Assembly: GCA_002269645.1 (NCBI GenBank)
Contig: NIVC01001431.1
Location: forward strand, 1 to 64,000
DNA: 64,000 nucleotides
Source: Macrostomum lignano
Lineage: Eukaryota
Direction: 5' to 3'
Shown here: one piece after another, positions 1 to 11,371 of the stretch
Position numbering within the stretch: the stretch's first letter is position 1
How the letters are laid out: every line of letters starts with the position of its first letter
Notes under the pieces: generated by a model
What the model was told of the DNA's origin: nothing
The model's database searches: none
The model's input: only the letters and a program-made list of their open reading frames with translations
Position numbers and translations under genes: made by a program

Positions 1-27
1 TTTTCCTCCAATACTCAACCACCTCCT

Positions 28-626
28 TTAACGTATCCCCGCAGGCCGTATTACCTGCGTACTCTTCATCCAGACGGCGAAACCAGGTTCCAAGACAGCA
101 CGAAAATCGTACCAATTCGAATCTAATATACCTGCCTCGTCCATTGCATTCGTTATGTTCGTCCAGGATTCACCGCCGCATCCGCGGTTGGGTGCGTCGT
201 CGTGAGCTGTCAAACCCCACGTACTGAAACCAAAGCATGTCAAAAAACTCCTTGGCAGTTCAATGCCCATACGTCGGCTGCCGGAATTTCGCAAATACCA
301 AACATATGCTTTAGTAGCCGGCGTCCACGACAAGTGTACCTCCAAATCATCGGCCTGCCAGACCTTACCCAAGAAGACTTCATCTGTTTTCTCGATAATT
401 TTCTCGATGTTGCAATAATATATCACCTTCACCTCTTCTCGAAGTTCCGCGAGGAAGTTTCCGCCGGCGGCTGTTACATAGCAAATCCACCAAAGCCACT
501 TCATACTTCCCAGCCGGCGCTAGATTCAATGGTGTAGTTAGCCGCACCCGAAACTCGTGCGCAGAATTGGTCGGATAACTACGATCGTTTGACGGAATAA
601 ACACAAAGAAACTAATCTCACCCCAT
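28..626 (-). CDS. Minor capsid protein (penton), frameshifted; may run past the window start
   Basis: FFVFIPSNDRSYPTNSAHEFRVRLTTPLNL...YEVALVDL matches the Polinton penton N-terminal motif (F.LPSN.S..YP.N....F.V.L..P..L.G.WEVAL). It continues in the 28..504 frame after an indel near 480. Confidence 0.8.
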
Positions 627-642
627 AAGCTGTAGCGCTTCC

Positions 643-1333
643 TCAAAACTTGTCCTCCTCCTTGATAGTCTCCGGACGCATATAAACAACCTGGTGAGTG
701 TCACTCGGAAAGACATTCGTCCGTATGCGTATCATATCCGGCGTGTCTGTCGTAAGTCTATGAAGAGATAGCTGAAGGCCTTGTCACCCGTCGCGTCGTC
801 ATAAGCCTGCACCAGAAATCTACTAGCTCGGGGTACATCTGCCGACCAAATGTTCAACGGCGCTACGATCCTAACATTTCGGCTTAAACAGATATAACTC
901 GTCGATAAACTTCTTTTTTCTTGCCTCAGGATCCGCAGGGTCAAACAAATTTTGGCACAAATAAAGACAAGTCAATGGCGTATGATGAGCCAATTTGGTG
1001 AATACAGCGGTAAAAGCGCTGTTGCAACTTCACCCTGCAATCATCAACGACTAAATCGTGCGGCTTGAATCTAGCCAACAACTGATCGGGGAATCCCTGT
1101 ACGAAGTGACATTCGCCACTTCCACCCAATGTCCAACATTCTCGAACTCGTTTTTCCTCAGACGAATGTAACTCTGTCCGTGACACCAAATTAGACGCCT
1201 TGGTACTACTCGAAACAGACCCAAGCGCTCCCTTACCAGTCGAAGCACCCATTCAGTCTTTCCGAATTCGAAGGACCTGCGACGATAAACGTCGAGTCAT
1301 GAGCAAATCGCAAGTCGAATGTACGCTGTCCAT
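643..1333 (-). CDS. A32/FtsK-like DNA packaging ATPase, several frameshifts
   Basis: FDLRFAHDSTFIVAGPSNS[G]KT Walker A (one G missing near 1265), LVVDD Walker B, CQNLF, FLVQAYDDAT..AFSYLFIDLRQT and TPDMIRIRTNVFP C-terminus, rebuilt across frames. Confidence 0.9.
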
Positions 1334-1745
1334 CACCCAAACGCTGTTTTACGTTCATAACACGGGATACCAGTTTTGCGGCCAAACGTTCCCCCCACTT
1401 AGTTGTAGGATCCGCAGCAATCTCTCGAGCTCCTGCTTCGAGTTGTTGATCGGCCTTTGAACGCTCTGCACGTCCGAGTGCTTCTCGTATGCCAGGTCGT
1501 GTAAGAGACACAATTTATCGAGCCGATTCTTCCCAGTATCGCCCCGCGCTAAACGTTCTCTCAATCTGGTCCGGGGCCGCAGAATTGGTAACCCCCGGCA
1601 AATGAAGCTCCCCTGGGAGATGATTTATTACCCAATTAACAATACCAAACCCCGTCTGACCTCGACGACGAGATTTCTTAGCTCGAGTCGACTTTGCTGC
1701 TGTCGAACGCACTCGCTTCTTCTTCTTCTGTCCGTTCCCATCCAC
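1330..1745 (-). CDS. PLA2X (parvovirus-type phospholipase A2-like protein of adintoviruses), frameshifted
   Basis: Rebuilt sequence HLPGYQFCGPGTRLRERLARGDTGKNRLDKLCLLHDLAY...ADQQL has the YxCGPG Ca-loop and the HD..Y catalytic motif, after a basic N-terminus (KKKKRVR). Confidence 0.85.
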
Positions 1746-1849
1746 TTAATTGTACCAAAAGAACCAATTGCATTTGCTTATACACACAGTGGTTAAATCA
1801 CGAGCATAATCAAAGTGACAAGCCGCCACCCACCACCGACGACGGGCTC

Positions 1850-2302
1850 CGGGCGTGACCAGCATCACATGTTAGTGCTGCCATCGCGAACCGCCACCCT
1901 CCGGTTGTCGGTGCCACACCCCGGCAGCTGGCCCTCGCGAGCTCGACCGACTCTACCGGGGCGTGACGCAGCGCTGGACAGACAGATGAACTTTCTCATC
2001 TGACGTGTTGTGCAGGATCACGCGGAGTTCCCCGGTATAGTCCGGGTCAACCACGCCACCCTGCACATTTAGGCCTCGGTTGGCCCAACTGGACCGGCTC
2101 GCTATCCGACCATAGGTGCCCGGCGGCAGCATCACCCGGAGGCCGGTGCGAATGATGGCCGTGTCAAAGGCTCCACAGTGCGGTCTTCGCACGTGGCTAG
2201 GTCGTAGCCCACCGACCCGGCCGTAGCTCGCCGAGGCATCACTGCCCCGGCATCCGTGAGCACTACGCGCAGCGGGACCGTCGAGCAAGAGTCGGAGCTC
2301 AT
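1850..2302 (-). CDS. dut: dUTPase, frameshifted, with motif IV missing and motif V garbled
   Basis: PRRATAGSVGYDL (motif I), GRIASRSS (II), GGVVDPDYTGELRVIL (III). Confidence 0.9.
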
Positions 2303-2561
2303 AGTGGCTGCGGGATCATAGTTCATCTTATGCTTAGGAGGTTCTTCGTCCTCTAAAATAAGTCTAGTACTACCCGCGTAATCCTCGTCCAATCAAAAAA
2401 ACTAAGCCTAGTACTAATCCCCTGCACTGCCATCATAGGCCTAGAAAAACGAAGAGAAAGAAGGAAAGGCGGATTCTTGCATATACATTCGATAATTGCG
2501 CGCATATATTGTGTGCAGAAAAAGCATAAACAGACAGAAAACAGAGAGCGGAGAGAACAAG

Positions 2562-5500
2562 TCAAGTCAACCGCCAATGACCAAATGGGAGGGATGAGTA
2601 GGGATCGAGCCAGGCTCGCTTCGTGTCGAAGAAGCTAAGCGCCTGCTTGCGCTGCTCAAGAAGATAAATCTTCTGTCGTCGCGAAGTAATCGTCCGCATC
2701 GTTACATGCTCCAAAACTCGATCCTTCAACACACTCAAAAATACATTGTGCTTCATACCTCTTACAATCGACTTCGACACGCCCTTGCAACGCACAATCT
2801 GACAGAGGCTTTCCTTTGCATACACCATTGAATAGTTTTTCGGGCGTAGAAATGCAAACTCCAACAGTGTACAACCGGAAACTTCATCTTTCCAGGCCAT
2901 TAACTTCCCTTTATACTTTGTTGTATAAAGCGGATGAGAAGGTGGATAATTACTAGTGTCTAACACACCGCACTCCACCAAGTCTTTAAACAATGTCTCC
3001 TGAGGACTCGTCTCCGGGTCGGCCATAACCAATGCCAGGATCAAACTATCCGTATCTCCACCAAGCACGCGGGCAGAAGCAAGCGACCTATGGCATTGAA
3101 TCCTTGAATAGAAAAACTCGTAGACAAATGTTTTCGCAAGGTCCAGAATAGCGCTACCAATCAGAATTGGCTTGTTTAGCAATACTCGACGAGGAGTCAA
3201 ACTCACGCCCGCTAGACGATCTGTATACAGAATCACGTCCATAAACTCCTCTTTAGCGACATACGTTTCCAACTTCTCGGCAGTAGTACACATGCGATAG
3301 CTGAGTCGGTCTCGAACTCGCTGCAGAAACTTGCCGTACACAGCATTGTTCAATAGTTTAAAGAAATCTCGATCGAAATCGCTAGTCGCCTCAGACCGCC
3401 GACGAATATTATGTTCAATATATTCCTGTAGAATAGGACCTTCTACGAATTCGAGAACACGATTAACCCGCGTCACGCGCATGCCTAACTCGAGGTAAAG
3501 ACGCAATGCTCGATGATGTACAATGTACCCTGTTTTATGCGTAACAGAGCCAATTAGTTTCCTTGTCGGAGAAGTGAATCGTTTTACGTCCTCGTATACC
3601 TCCGCATTCCTCTTCCTGGGATCAAGCTGGCGTTGCAGACAAACCCAATCCTGCTTCATATGCTCGGTTAAATAGGCACTATCAATTCTTTCATGGCCAA
3701 TAGCCAGAGGTAGATCGGCAGTTGAGTCGTGCAAAAACTTTGGGTAGTAAAGATCGACATTCAATAACGCCCCTCGTCCATTCGAGCAATAGCTAGACAA
3801 CCAAGCCAAAAACTTGCTCGACTTGTTCGGATTTTCCAACTCAGCTGCCTCATCATCAACTGATAGATTTTCAATCACTTCACGGGGCAACCAACGATAG
3901 GCCTTATACGGCAGCGCCTGCACCATACAACTGGCATAAAGAGAATTAGCATCAAGGTAGGCCAAGTGAGTGCCATACGGTGCATTCCGCCGTAGTTCTC
4001 TTAAATTGTCGTCGTCGTCATCCAGCTGCCGACGACATTCTTCTACCATTGGATTATTTGCCGTAGTAAGATGGCGAGTGCCAAAACTGAACCCACCTCG
4101 AATCGAAGCTTCAACCTCGGAGTACATACGAGCGTCTGTAAACAACTCGATCGGCTTCTTCACCTTCAACAGACACGCAGCCAGACTATACATTGGCGAT
4201 CCGAGAAAATGACACACATCCAAACCGTATTCTCGAATTGCAGTCCGACGAAAACTCTCAAATACGTCGCATAACAGTAGTACATCCAACAGTAAATACG
4301 CAGTCAGATAGTCACGCAAATTGGCACAATCAAACTCTTGCCAACTCTGCTGAGCGCGTGTGTACTCCTCCTTAGAACACTCTTGCCGGGTCATTGCGTC
4401 GTAAAACAAATCTCGCGATGGCAGTTCAGTCACACTGTCCAACTTCTCTTCAGAGTCCAAGTAACAATACGGAAACACTCCCTTCTGCTGCAGAGTAGAC
4501 AGTTGGAGTTTAGGATAAACATTCAGCAAATCTCGACAGTGTACCAATTGTTCCTGCGTCAAACGGTTTGCCAGACTAGCTAGACTTGTCGACAAGTACG
4601 CAAACGTGTCCTTGAAGCAGATTTCAAACCAAACAAAATTCTTCTTCTTCTGCTTTTGTTGCTGCGGCCGTTGACTGCCAACCAGCAGCGGTACCTTGAA
4701 CTTTAATGAAAACGTCTTAAACCGTTCCCTAGACTCGGGAAGAACGTGCAGTTGAACGTCGTCTTCTCCACTAAACACATTGTACACCTCACGAACAATT
4801 ATTTTACCGTCATATCCTCGAAGATTGTGCAGGTAGACGATAATTCGATAGCGCTGCAGGGCAAGTTTTCGATTGCACGACATGCAAGCCATTCCACGTG
4901 GAAGACCACTCAAATGACAATGATCCCAGACTTGAGACTCGTCAGCGGAAAACTCGCGACGACAGACGTAGCATCGATCTGCGCTAGGACGCTGACCTAG
5001 ATACTTTCTAAGCATTGGTCTATAAGTCATCTTGCTAGTCGCATTAGTTACTTCGAATGCAAGCTCGCGCAGAGCCAAGAGAAACCTGCCAATACAATCT
5101 GTTGTGCCAGGCGTAGAATAAAACAACTTGCATGGAGTATTGTATCTGCTCAACAAATCCTCCCTCGTTACACTATCCAAATCCGGATCGACAACCAAAC
5201 GAAAGGCCACACAAACGGGCACGTGAATTTGTAAAACACGGCTGTTAGCCGTAGGCACTGGCAGGCCCTTGACGAGGCCCCCGATGCCTTTTCAACAGGT
5301 ACAAGTAGACTCTCAATATCAGCATAAACCAAATACAGCGGCGGCAGTCGAGTCTCGTAGGCTGAAAAAGACAAAAATGCTTTGCCCTCCTCTGGTAAAA
5401 CCTCCTCCGTGACTGGCTTTGGCGTTCGAATGAAGCCGCCGCCGCCGCCGCCGCCTGGTTGCTCCTCCGTCGTCTGGCCACACACGTGTTCTTTCAAGAT

Positions 5501-7008
5501 ATAATCCCAAGACGTGGTGTGAATAAAGCTCGCCAGACATTCAGGACAATAGCGCCGGCGTTTAGCACGAGAACTCAACAGCCTATCCAGATTTAGCACC
5601 GCCATGTAGTGTCCATACTTGAATTCTGCGTAAGGTGGTATGAACAGACAATTGACTGGCGCAAGGTCACCAGTGGAACGACGAAAATTAAAAAACAGCA
5701 CGGCAGTATTCGTGGCATGACTCCAGACAAACACACGCATCAGTCTAATTCGAGGGTTCAGCCGGCAAAACTTTCTGTAGCTCCCAATTGAGTGACGAGT
5801 CACTCCGGCGCGCGTAAATCGAAAGCTTTTCAGCCAAGGCCTGTAAGACGCCTTTCGCCTTTTACGGGCTTGCCCTTCGACCTGTGAGGAAAAGACGCTC
5901 GACACGACAGCATACATAAAACAATCATGCTGATCTGCTCGGTGCGGGCGTAGAAACAAAACCGCTCCCGGCATACGACCAACAGCCAGTGGAACGCGGA
6001 ATGGAACGGAACGGGTCGGAGCGGATTCTGTTGGACCGCCGCCCGCCTGCGCGCCCGCCGCCGCCGCCGCCACGCCCGCCGCCACCACCACCGCCGCCCC
6101 GCCACCCGCTCCCCACACGTCCTGCTGCTGCTGCCGACGACTGCTAGTGTTCGACTGTAGTAGTAGATATTTTCGGCGGAATATGCACAGCATAACGTCG
6201 ACCTTGACAACGCCGAGGAACTTCCAGTTACTACCTCGGGACTGAAAGTTGTCTAATTTAGCTACCAGATCGTTTGTTGCCTCGCTGTACCATTGGTTGA
6301 AAACGTCCTCAGAGAGAAGAAGTACACGGCGGCCGGCGGCTGGAGCATTCGCATCGAAGGAGACCATAACGACTTTGGAATTGAAAAGGGCGCGATTACT
6401 TCTACCTCTTCGTTGTGGGGGGATTCACCAGCAGCCGTGTCATTGGCGGGGGGATAACGAGTACGATACATTTTTACATTAAGATGTATACATGTACGGA
6501 GTAAACAGTCCGCAGATCCGAGAGAGTTAAAAAGACGAAAAAGTGGAACTTGCAGTTGTGGAAGTAACTCGCTGGGTGGTTCGGTCTCGCCATCGTCCTC
6601 GTCCAGCAGAGGCGTGAACGTCAGAAAGTTCGCCCGACCTCGGTGTGCGGACTCGGTATGTTGTACCGACCAGCCTGGTGGAGTGTCCTCTTCGATTAGC
6701 CGACGCACTGGTTCTCGAAGTAAAAGTTGGTCTGGTTGATAGCACGAGCCATTGTGCGAGTGCCCATGGAGGGCGGCTTGACTGTTGAATCTCTGCCGGC
6801 ACACAGGGCATCTGATTTGTTTCGTCGTCGTCGTCGACGGCTGGAATGGTGTTGGCGATTGTTGGCGACGGGGTGGTTGTGATAATCGCCTAAATAGTTT
6901 GCTCGGTGGTAAAAATAAGGAAGGAATGCACAGCCTTAAGTTTGGTGGACAGTCCAAAAATGTCCTCCGCCGCGTGGTTAAACTGTATTTTACTTTGCAG
7001 AGATACAA
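2562..7008 (-). CDS. polB: Protein-primed family B DNA polymerase (N-terminal C2H2, endonuclease VII domain), two frameshifts (~5280, ~6300)
   Basis: YADIES (ExoI), CYVC...DHCHLSG.PRG.ACMSCN (EndoVII), YLDANSLY (motif A), KLLNNAVYGK (B), GGDTDS (C). The N-terminal ORFs hold LDNFQSRGSNW and CPVC..F....L.GH. The true start is uncertain. Confidence 0.93.
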
Positions 7009-7298
7009 TTATGTAGACAATTTGAATATTTAGGAATGAACAGCAGGCTAGTAAGTAGTAGGTCGTTGATGGTGGTTGAAAGAATAGAATCGTATAACTT
7101 AGTCAATGGTAGTGTTTTTAGGGGTCTGAATCAGTTCGAATGGATCATCATGATAAACAAAAATCGTTGGGTACGCATGGGAATTTTACCTTCAGGTAGT
7201 AGTGGTAGGTGGTGTTTTTTCAACTTGGTAGGGGCTCGGTTGAATTTAGGTGTTTATTACTACAGCAGAAAATCGTTGTTGTTAATATCAAGTGCATG

Positions 7299-8099
7299 TC
7301 AGAGCTCACGACGAATGATGCCGCCAACAAGATGGGCTAGATCGGTCGTAGATGTATCCGATCTGATTAGAATTTCGTGTACGTTCGAGTAGTCCTGGTA
7401 GTGTCGTGTAAACGCCTCGTCTAGCGATCGTAGATAGTCCAGGGAGATGCCAGTCTCCTCACCGCTGCGTCCGCGCTGCGCGATGCGTTGAATGGCCAAC
7501 TCCGGGTCAATGCGCAGGTAAATAAGCGTCGTGTTCGCGCCGGTAAAGGGTACCCCAGTCGCTTCGAGGACGTCTAGTTGGCGCTGAGCAATCGCCCATT
7601 CGGTGTCAGACAGCGAGCCTTGACGGTGTAGTACGTCTTGGAATGCTCGAGCCGACCCGAGGCAGCGGTCGAGGATAACCACCTTGTTGTTGGATTGTTG
7701 GTTAACCTCATTCCGGACCTGGGTGGTAACACAAGATTGGCAAAAGTAGCTATACCGTGCGTGTCTTTCGACATTGGTTGTACATGCAGTAGGAGCTATA
7801 CGAAAGGAATTGCTAGATACTATAGTACCACTTACTTTGCTGTCTCTGTCGAGCAAGTCGTGGGAGACGTGCTGTTGGAATGCGACGGCCGGAAGCTCGC
7901 CTCGATAGAATGACTGAAGCAGATTTACCGAGTCCGGGAGGAGCGGGTGTCGCGCGTACTGGTGAACAGGCTCGGGACCGAAGACGGCTTTGTCGGCCCA
8001 ACCCTCGAGGCGGGAGGTGAGAGCCAGTTCTCGAAGCAACGTCGACTTCCCGGCACCGATTACGCCCTCCAGGAGAAAAATGCGAGACTGGCTCGTCAT
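7299..8099 (-). CDS. Deoxynucleoside kinase (dNK/dGK family), in frame with the upstream TBP-like domain
   Basis: IFLLEGVIGAGKST P-loop, PEPV, NLLQSFY, AFQ, ILDRCLGS..F, IYLR.DPE....RI.QRGR.GE lid. Confidence 0.9.
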   Translation of the reverse strand: MTSQSRIFLLEGVIGAGKSTLLRELALTSRLEGWADKAVFGPEPVHQYARHPLLPDSVNLLQSFYRGELPAVAFQQHVSHDLLDRDSKVSGTIVSSNSFRIAPTACTTNVERHARYSYFCQSCVTTQVRNEVNQQSNNKVVILDRCLGSARAFQDVLHRQGSLSDTEWAIAQRQLDVLEATGVPFTGANTTLIYLRIDPELAIQRIAQRGRSGEETGISLDYLRSLDEAFTRHYQDYSNVHEILIRSDTSTTDLAHLVGGIIRREL

Positions 8100-8678
8100 A
8101 TTGGCTAGAATTGGAACAAATTCTGGTTTCGGAGCGGCTTCCTGACACAATTGTTTAACAATGTTGATCATTTCTAAAATCTGGCTAGTAGTCTTTGCAC
8201 CTATTATAACGATCTTAAGGGAATGAAAAATATTGCACACCGTCCTATTGAGTGGAGCAGTACTACGGAGGGTGATGGCTTGTGGGAATATCTCCGCGTC
8301 GTAATACAGCCGAGCTGTGTGAAACGGCCCGATAAAGTTTTTCAGGGTCGAAAATTTGAGTCCAGGATAGTGGAGCAGACCAACGGTTGTAGAGCTGATT
8401 ATACGAATCGATGTTTTGATTAGTTTAATTACTTTAAGGTGTATGAAATTCAGGGCACGTAGAAGTTGGACTCGGGATCTACAGCCATAAAGCGTGAGTA
8501 GTCCTCCGGGGTAGAACTGACATGAAAATTGGGGCAGTCCGATACGAAGCATACTTGGCTTGGCGGAGTATAATTTGGAGGGGATTCCCGCCTGGCCTAG
8601 ACGTTTTTTTAGCCTATTTAAATCTAACTTTTCTCCTGGAGGGGTACTCGTTCTGGCTTGCACTATTAGTAGGACCAA
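8100..8678 (-). CDS. Divergent TATA-binding-protein (TBP/TLF)-like domain
   Basis: Two TBP half-repeats: KLDLNRL...YSAKPSMLRI...CQFYPGGLLTLYGCRS and YDAEIFPQAITLR...CNIFHSLKIVIIGAKT..QI. These resemble the TBP consensus YEPELFPGLIYR...LIF.SGKIV.TGAK. Confidence 0.8.
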
Positions 8679-8820
8679 TCTCTGAAAAGAATAAATACGA
8701 GAAAAAATTCTGTATAACGGTTAAGATTTTTATATATTTCTGGGTGATGCGTTTCCGTTTACGGAGAATGGTAGTTAGAGTTATAGGTATAGCTTCCCGC
8801 CACCAAGTGAACGCTAACGG

Positions 8821-9912
8821 TCACTGTGCGAAGACTTCATCATCTTCGCTGTCCATGGGCTCCGTCGAGGCCCCCGAGTCCACGTCCCCTAGCGCTGGGT
8901 TGGAGGCTGCAGCTTTACCCGCTTTGGGGACAGTATTGGTAACACCGCTTACAAGATCTTTGACGGGAGTCACCGTGATCCAGTCTTCAGCTGCTGCTGC
9001 TGTTGTTGCTGCTCCAGTCGTCTTGGTGGGGCGTTTGGCGGGGCTGCGACGAGTTGGGCCTTGTCGTCGTTTTCGTCCGCTAACTGGTTTCACTAGCGTC
9101 GTCGTAGTTGTTGACTCTTCTTCCTCAGTTGCGGCGGTGGCGGCGATTGGAGTCGACGTAGTTGGGATGTGAAAACGCAAAGCTTGGGCTAGCATCGGCA
9201 GGTGTTTCGGGTCGTCGTCGACCAGTGTCAGCGAGCGAAGGGCGAGGCCGAGGCGCCATGTCTTGCTTTCCTTCTGACGATAAAGACTTGTGAGCTGAAC
9301 GGAGAGATGGTAAAGACCGCTAAGTCCTCTCAGCTCGCTTGTGTCAACTTCACGCGGGTGTTGATTAGGCAGTGCTCGAAAGGTGAAACATGGTAGTGTA
9401 GGTTTTATGGCAATCCACTGGGCAAAGCCCAGGTCGCCTTCCTCGGTGGCGCGGGAGATGCGAAGCAGCGGCATCGGATCGCCCATTTGCTTTAGTTTGA
9501 TAGCGATGCCTCTTTCGACTTGTCTAGCGAGAGCAAGGGGATTGAAGAGCAGTAAGAATTCATGGTCTAGTGAGTATGCACATGTAACAAGGATGGCGAA
9601 TTCTTAAACTTACTTGATGCATTGTAGGAATTTGCTGCAAAAGGCCGATGATGACAGTCCGATGGCCACCGCCTCACGGTCTCCGGCTAAAAACTCTCCG
9701 GCATCCTGTATTTGGATACCACGAAGAATCTCGACTGGGGTCGTGGTTTGAATCACTAGTGGGGACCTCCTGTCGACTTTGGGGGGCGTCCACGTTACGC
9801 TACGGAAGGTGCAGCTTGCTGTAGGAGCGTTGGGTTCGCCTAGGTGGAGATTACCAACGTCGGCTTGGATAGCACCCGGTTGGAATACGGATTCGGCAGC
9901 GAAACCAGCCAT
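8821..9912 (-). CDS. Putative OB-fold ssDNA-binding protein, two exons (9912-9614, 9523-8821), about 333 aa
   Basis: The two ORFs share one frame and are separated by a 90-nt GTAAGT...polypyrimidine-TAG intron with two in-frame TAA codons. Motifs PLVIQTT..V...GI, F...LQ.I.Q.E and VQLTSLY....WRLGL.L.SL plus an acidic DSEDDEVF tail resemble NCLDV/T7-gp2.5-type SSBs. Confidence 0.55.
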
Positions 9913-11371
9913 GGTGTTGATCTTGCCTTGCTCGGAACGCGTGTTTGAAGTGCCTTCTATTTGGAGTCTTAATGAATATTTTATTTCGTTTAGGGGTACC
10001 TATTTTATAGAGTTGTTTTTAAGGGGGGCGTGGGATCGTTGAAGATTGTAGTTGGTCTTCTGGCTGGTGAATTCCCAGGGACTTTAGACATTTTGTTAAA
10101 GAGTTTAGGGTTGGTGAGATGCGATGCATATATACGTGCGTTAAGAGATAATTTTGGCATTATAGTAGTGCGTGCAAATCGGTGAATTGATTTGACATGC
10201 TATTTAAGTTCACTAATTTGGTGTTCACTAGTCGAATAGGAAATTGATCTCACTCGATGCGTTCGGGTTTATAATAGTACGGGTTATAGTAGGCTGGGGT
10301 CGGTGAATTGACTGCATGCATTTCATGGGCGTAAATTGCGTGCTCATTGCTGGATTGATAAAAATTTGGAAATGCCTGCACCCTAGTTTGGGTCACGGGT
10401 GACGTTTTCCCATAGAGGTCGGTTTGTAGAAAGATACCGAAAGGGGGGTTTTACTGGCTTCGGCATTGAGTGGTTGGTTGACAGCGCGGTGCTATCTATA
10501 TGCTATATGCCGATAACGGAAATTGTGCAATCCCCCGCGTGGGTTGAGTTTCATATGAAGGGGAGATCTAGGTCATTGAGTTAGAGAGGAGACTTGGAAC
10601 TGTTCGAACGATAGATTGCGAATGACAATGGCCGAGGCTCAGGACGGATCGCGGGAAGAGTATTGGAAGGCACAGGAGGGATACTTTGAAGAATTGGAAC
10701 GCAAATTCGCTTTCGTGGACTACGGTAGCGATCGACTCCGACGAGTGTCGCCCTTGAGTAGACCGTCTGGTAAGTATAGTTTTTTATGGCTGCCACTCCT
10801 CTTGTATGGCACCGTATTTTGATAGGGCATCATATACCGACTTCAGTAGACGGGCAGCAAGACCTCCGTCCGGTCGCGGTAGTTCCGCCTAGTGTGCGTG
10901 GCCGCGAGGATCCCTATGACGGGGAAATTAATATAGGGAGGAATACGTTCCCACCAAGGACAGAGGTATGTAATATGCATTCTGAGTTCGATTGCTTTGT
11001 GGTAGTATAACTTACTATGCCTTCATCTACTGGTAGGATTACTTCAACGCAAGGACGGTAGCTTTGGAGGAGCTAAGTGAGGAGCGACCCGAAGTTCGCT
11101 ATCGTGAAGCGGGTTACGACGTAAGATTGATTTTTAGTTAGTAGTGCCTGAGCTTGTACTTGACGAGTTCATTTTGCCTTTTTTAGCAACTATGCATGAG
11201 TGACCGAGTAGTTTTGCAGCACCAGTGGGCGACGGCAGTTTGTACGCGAACGCATGAACTGGTGCCGGAGATGGTGGCTCGGGAAGGGAGGTACGAGACA
11301 ATATTCGTATGCTTTTCTTATCACATATTGCATTAATAAATAAAGAATTTCCATTCTCATTTTAGGAGTTT

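Noticed and set aside
9567-9613. Shorter 47-nt intron in the SSB-like gene
   Set aside because: It gives an immediate stop; the 90-nt intron ending at 9524 keeps the frame and has a better pyrimidine tract.
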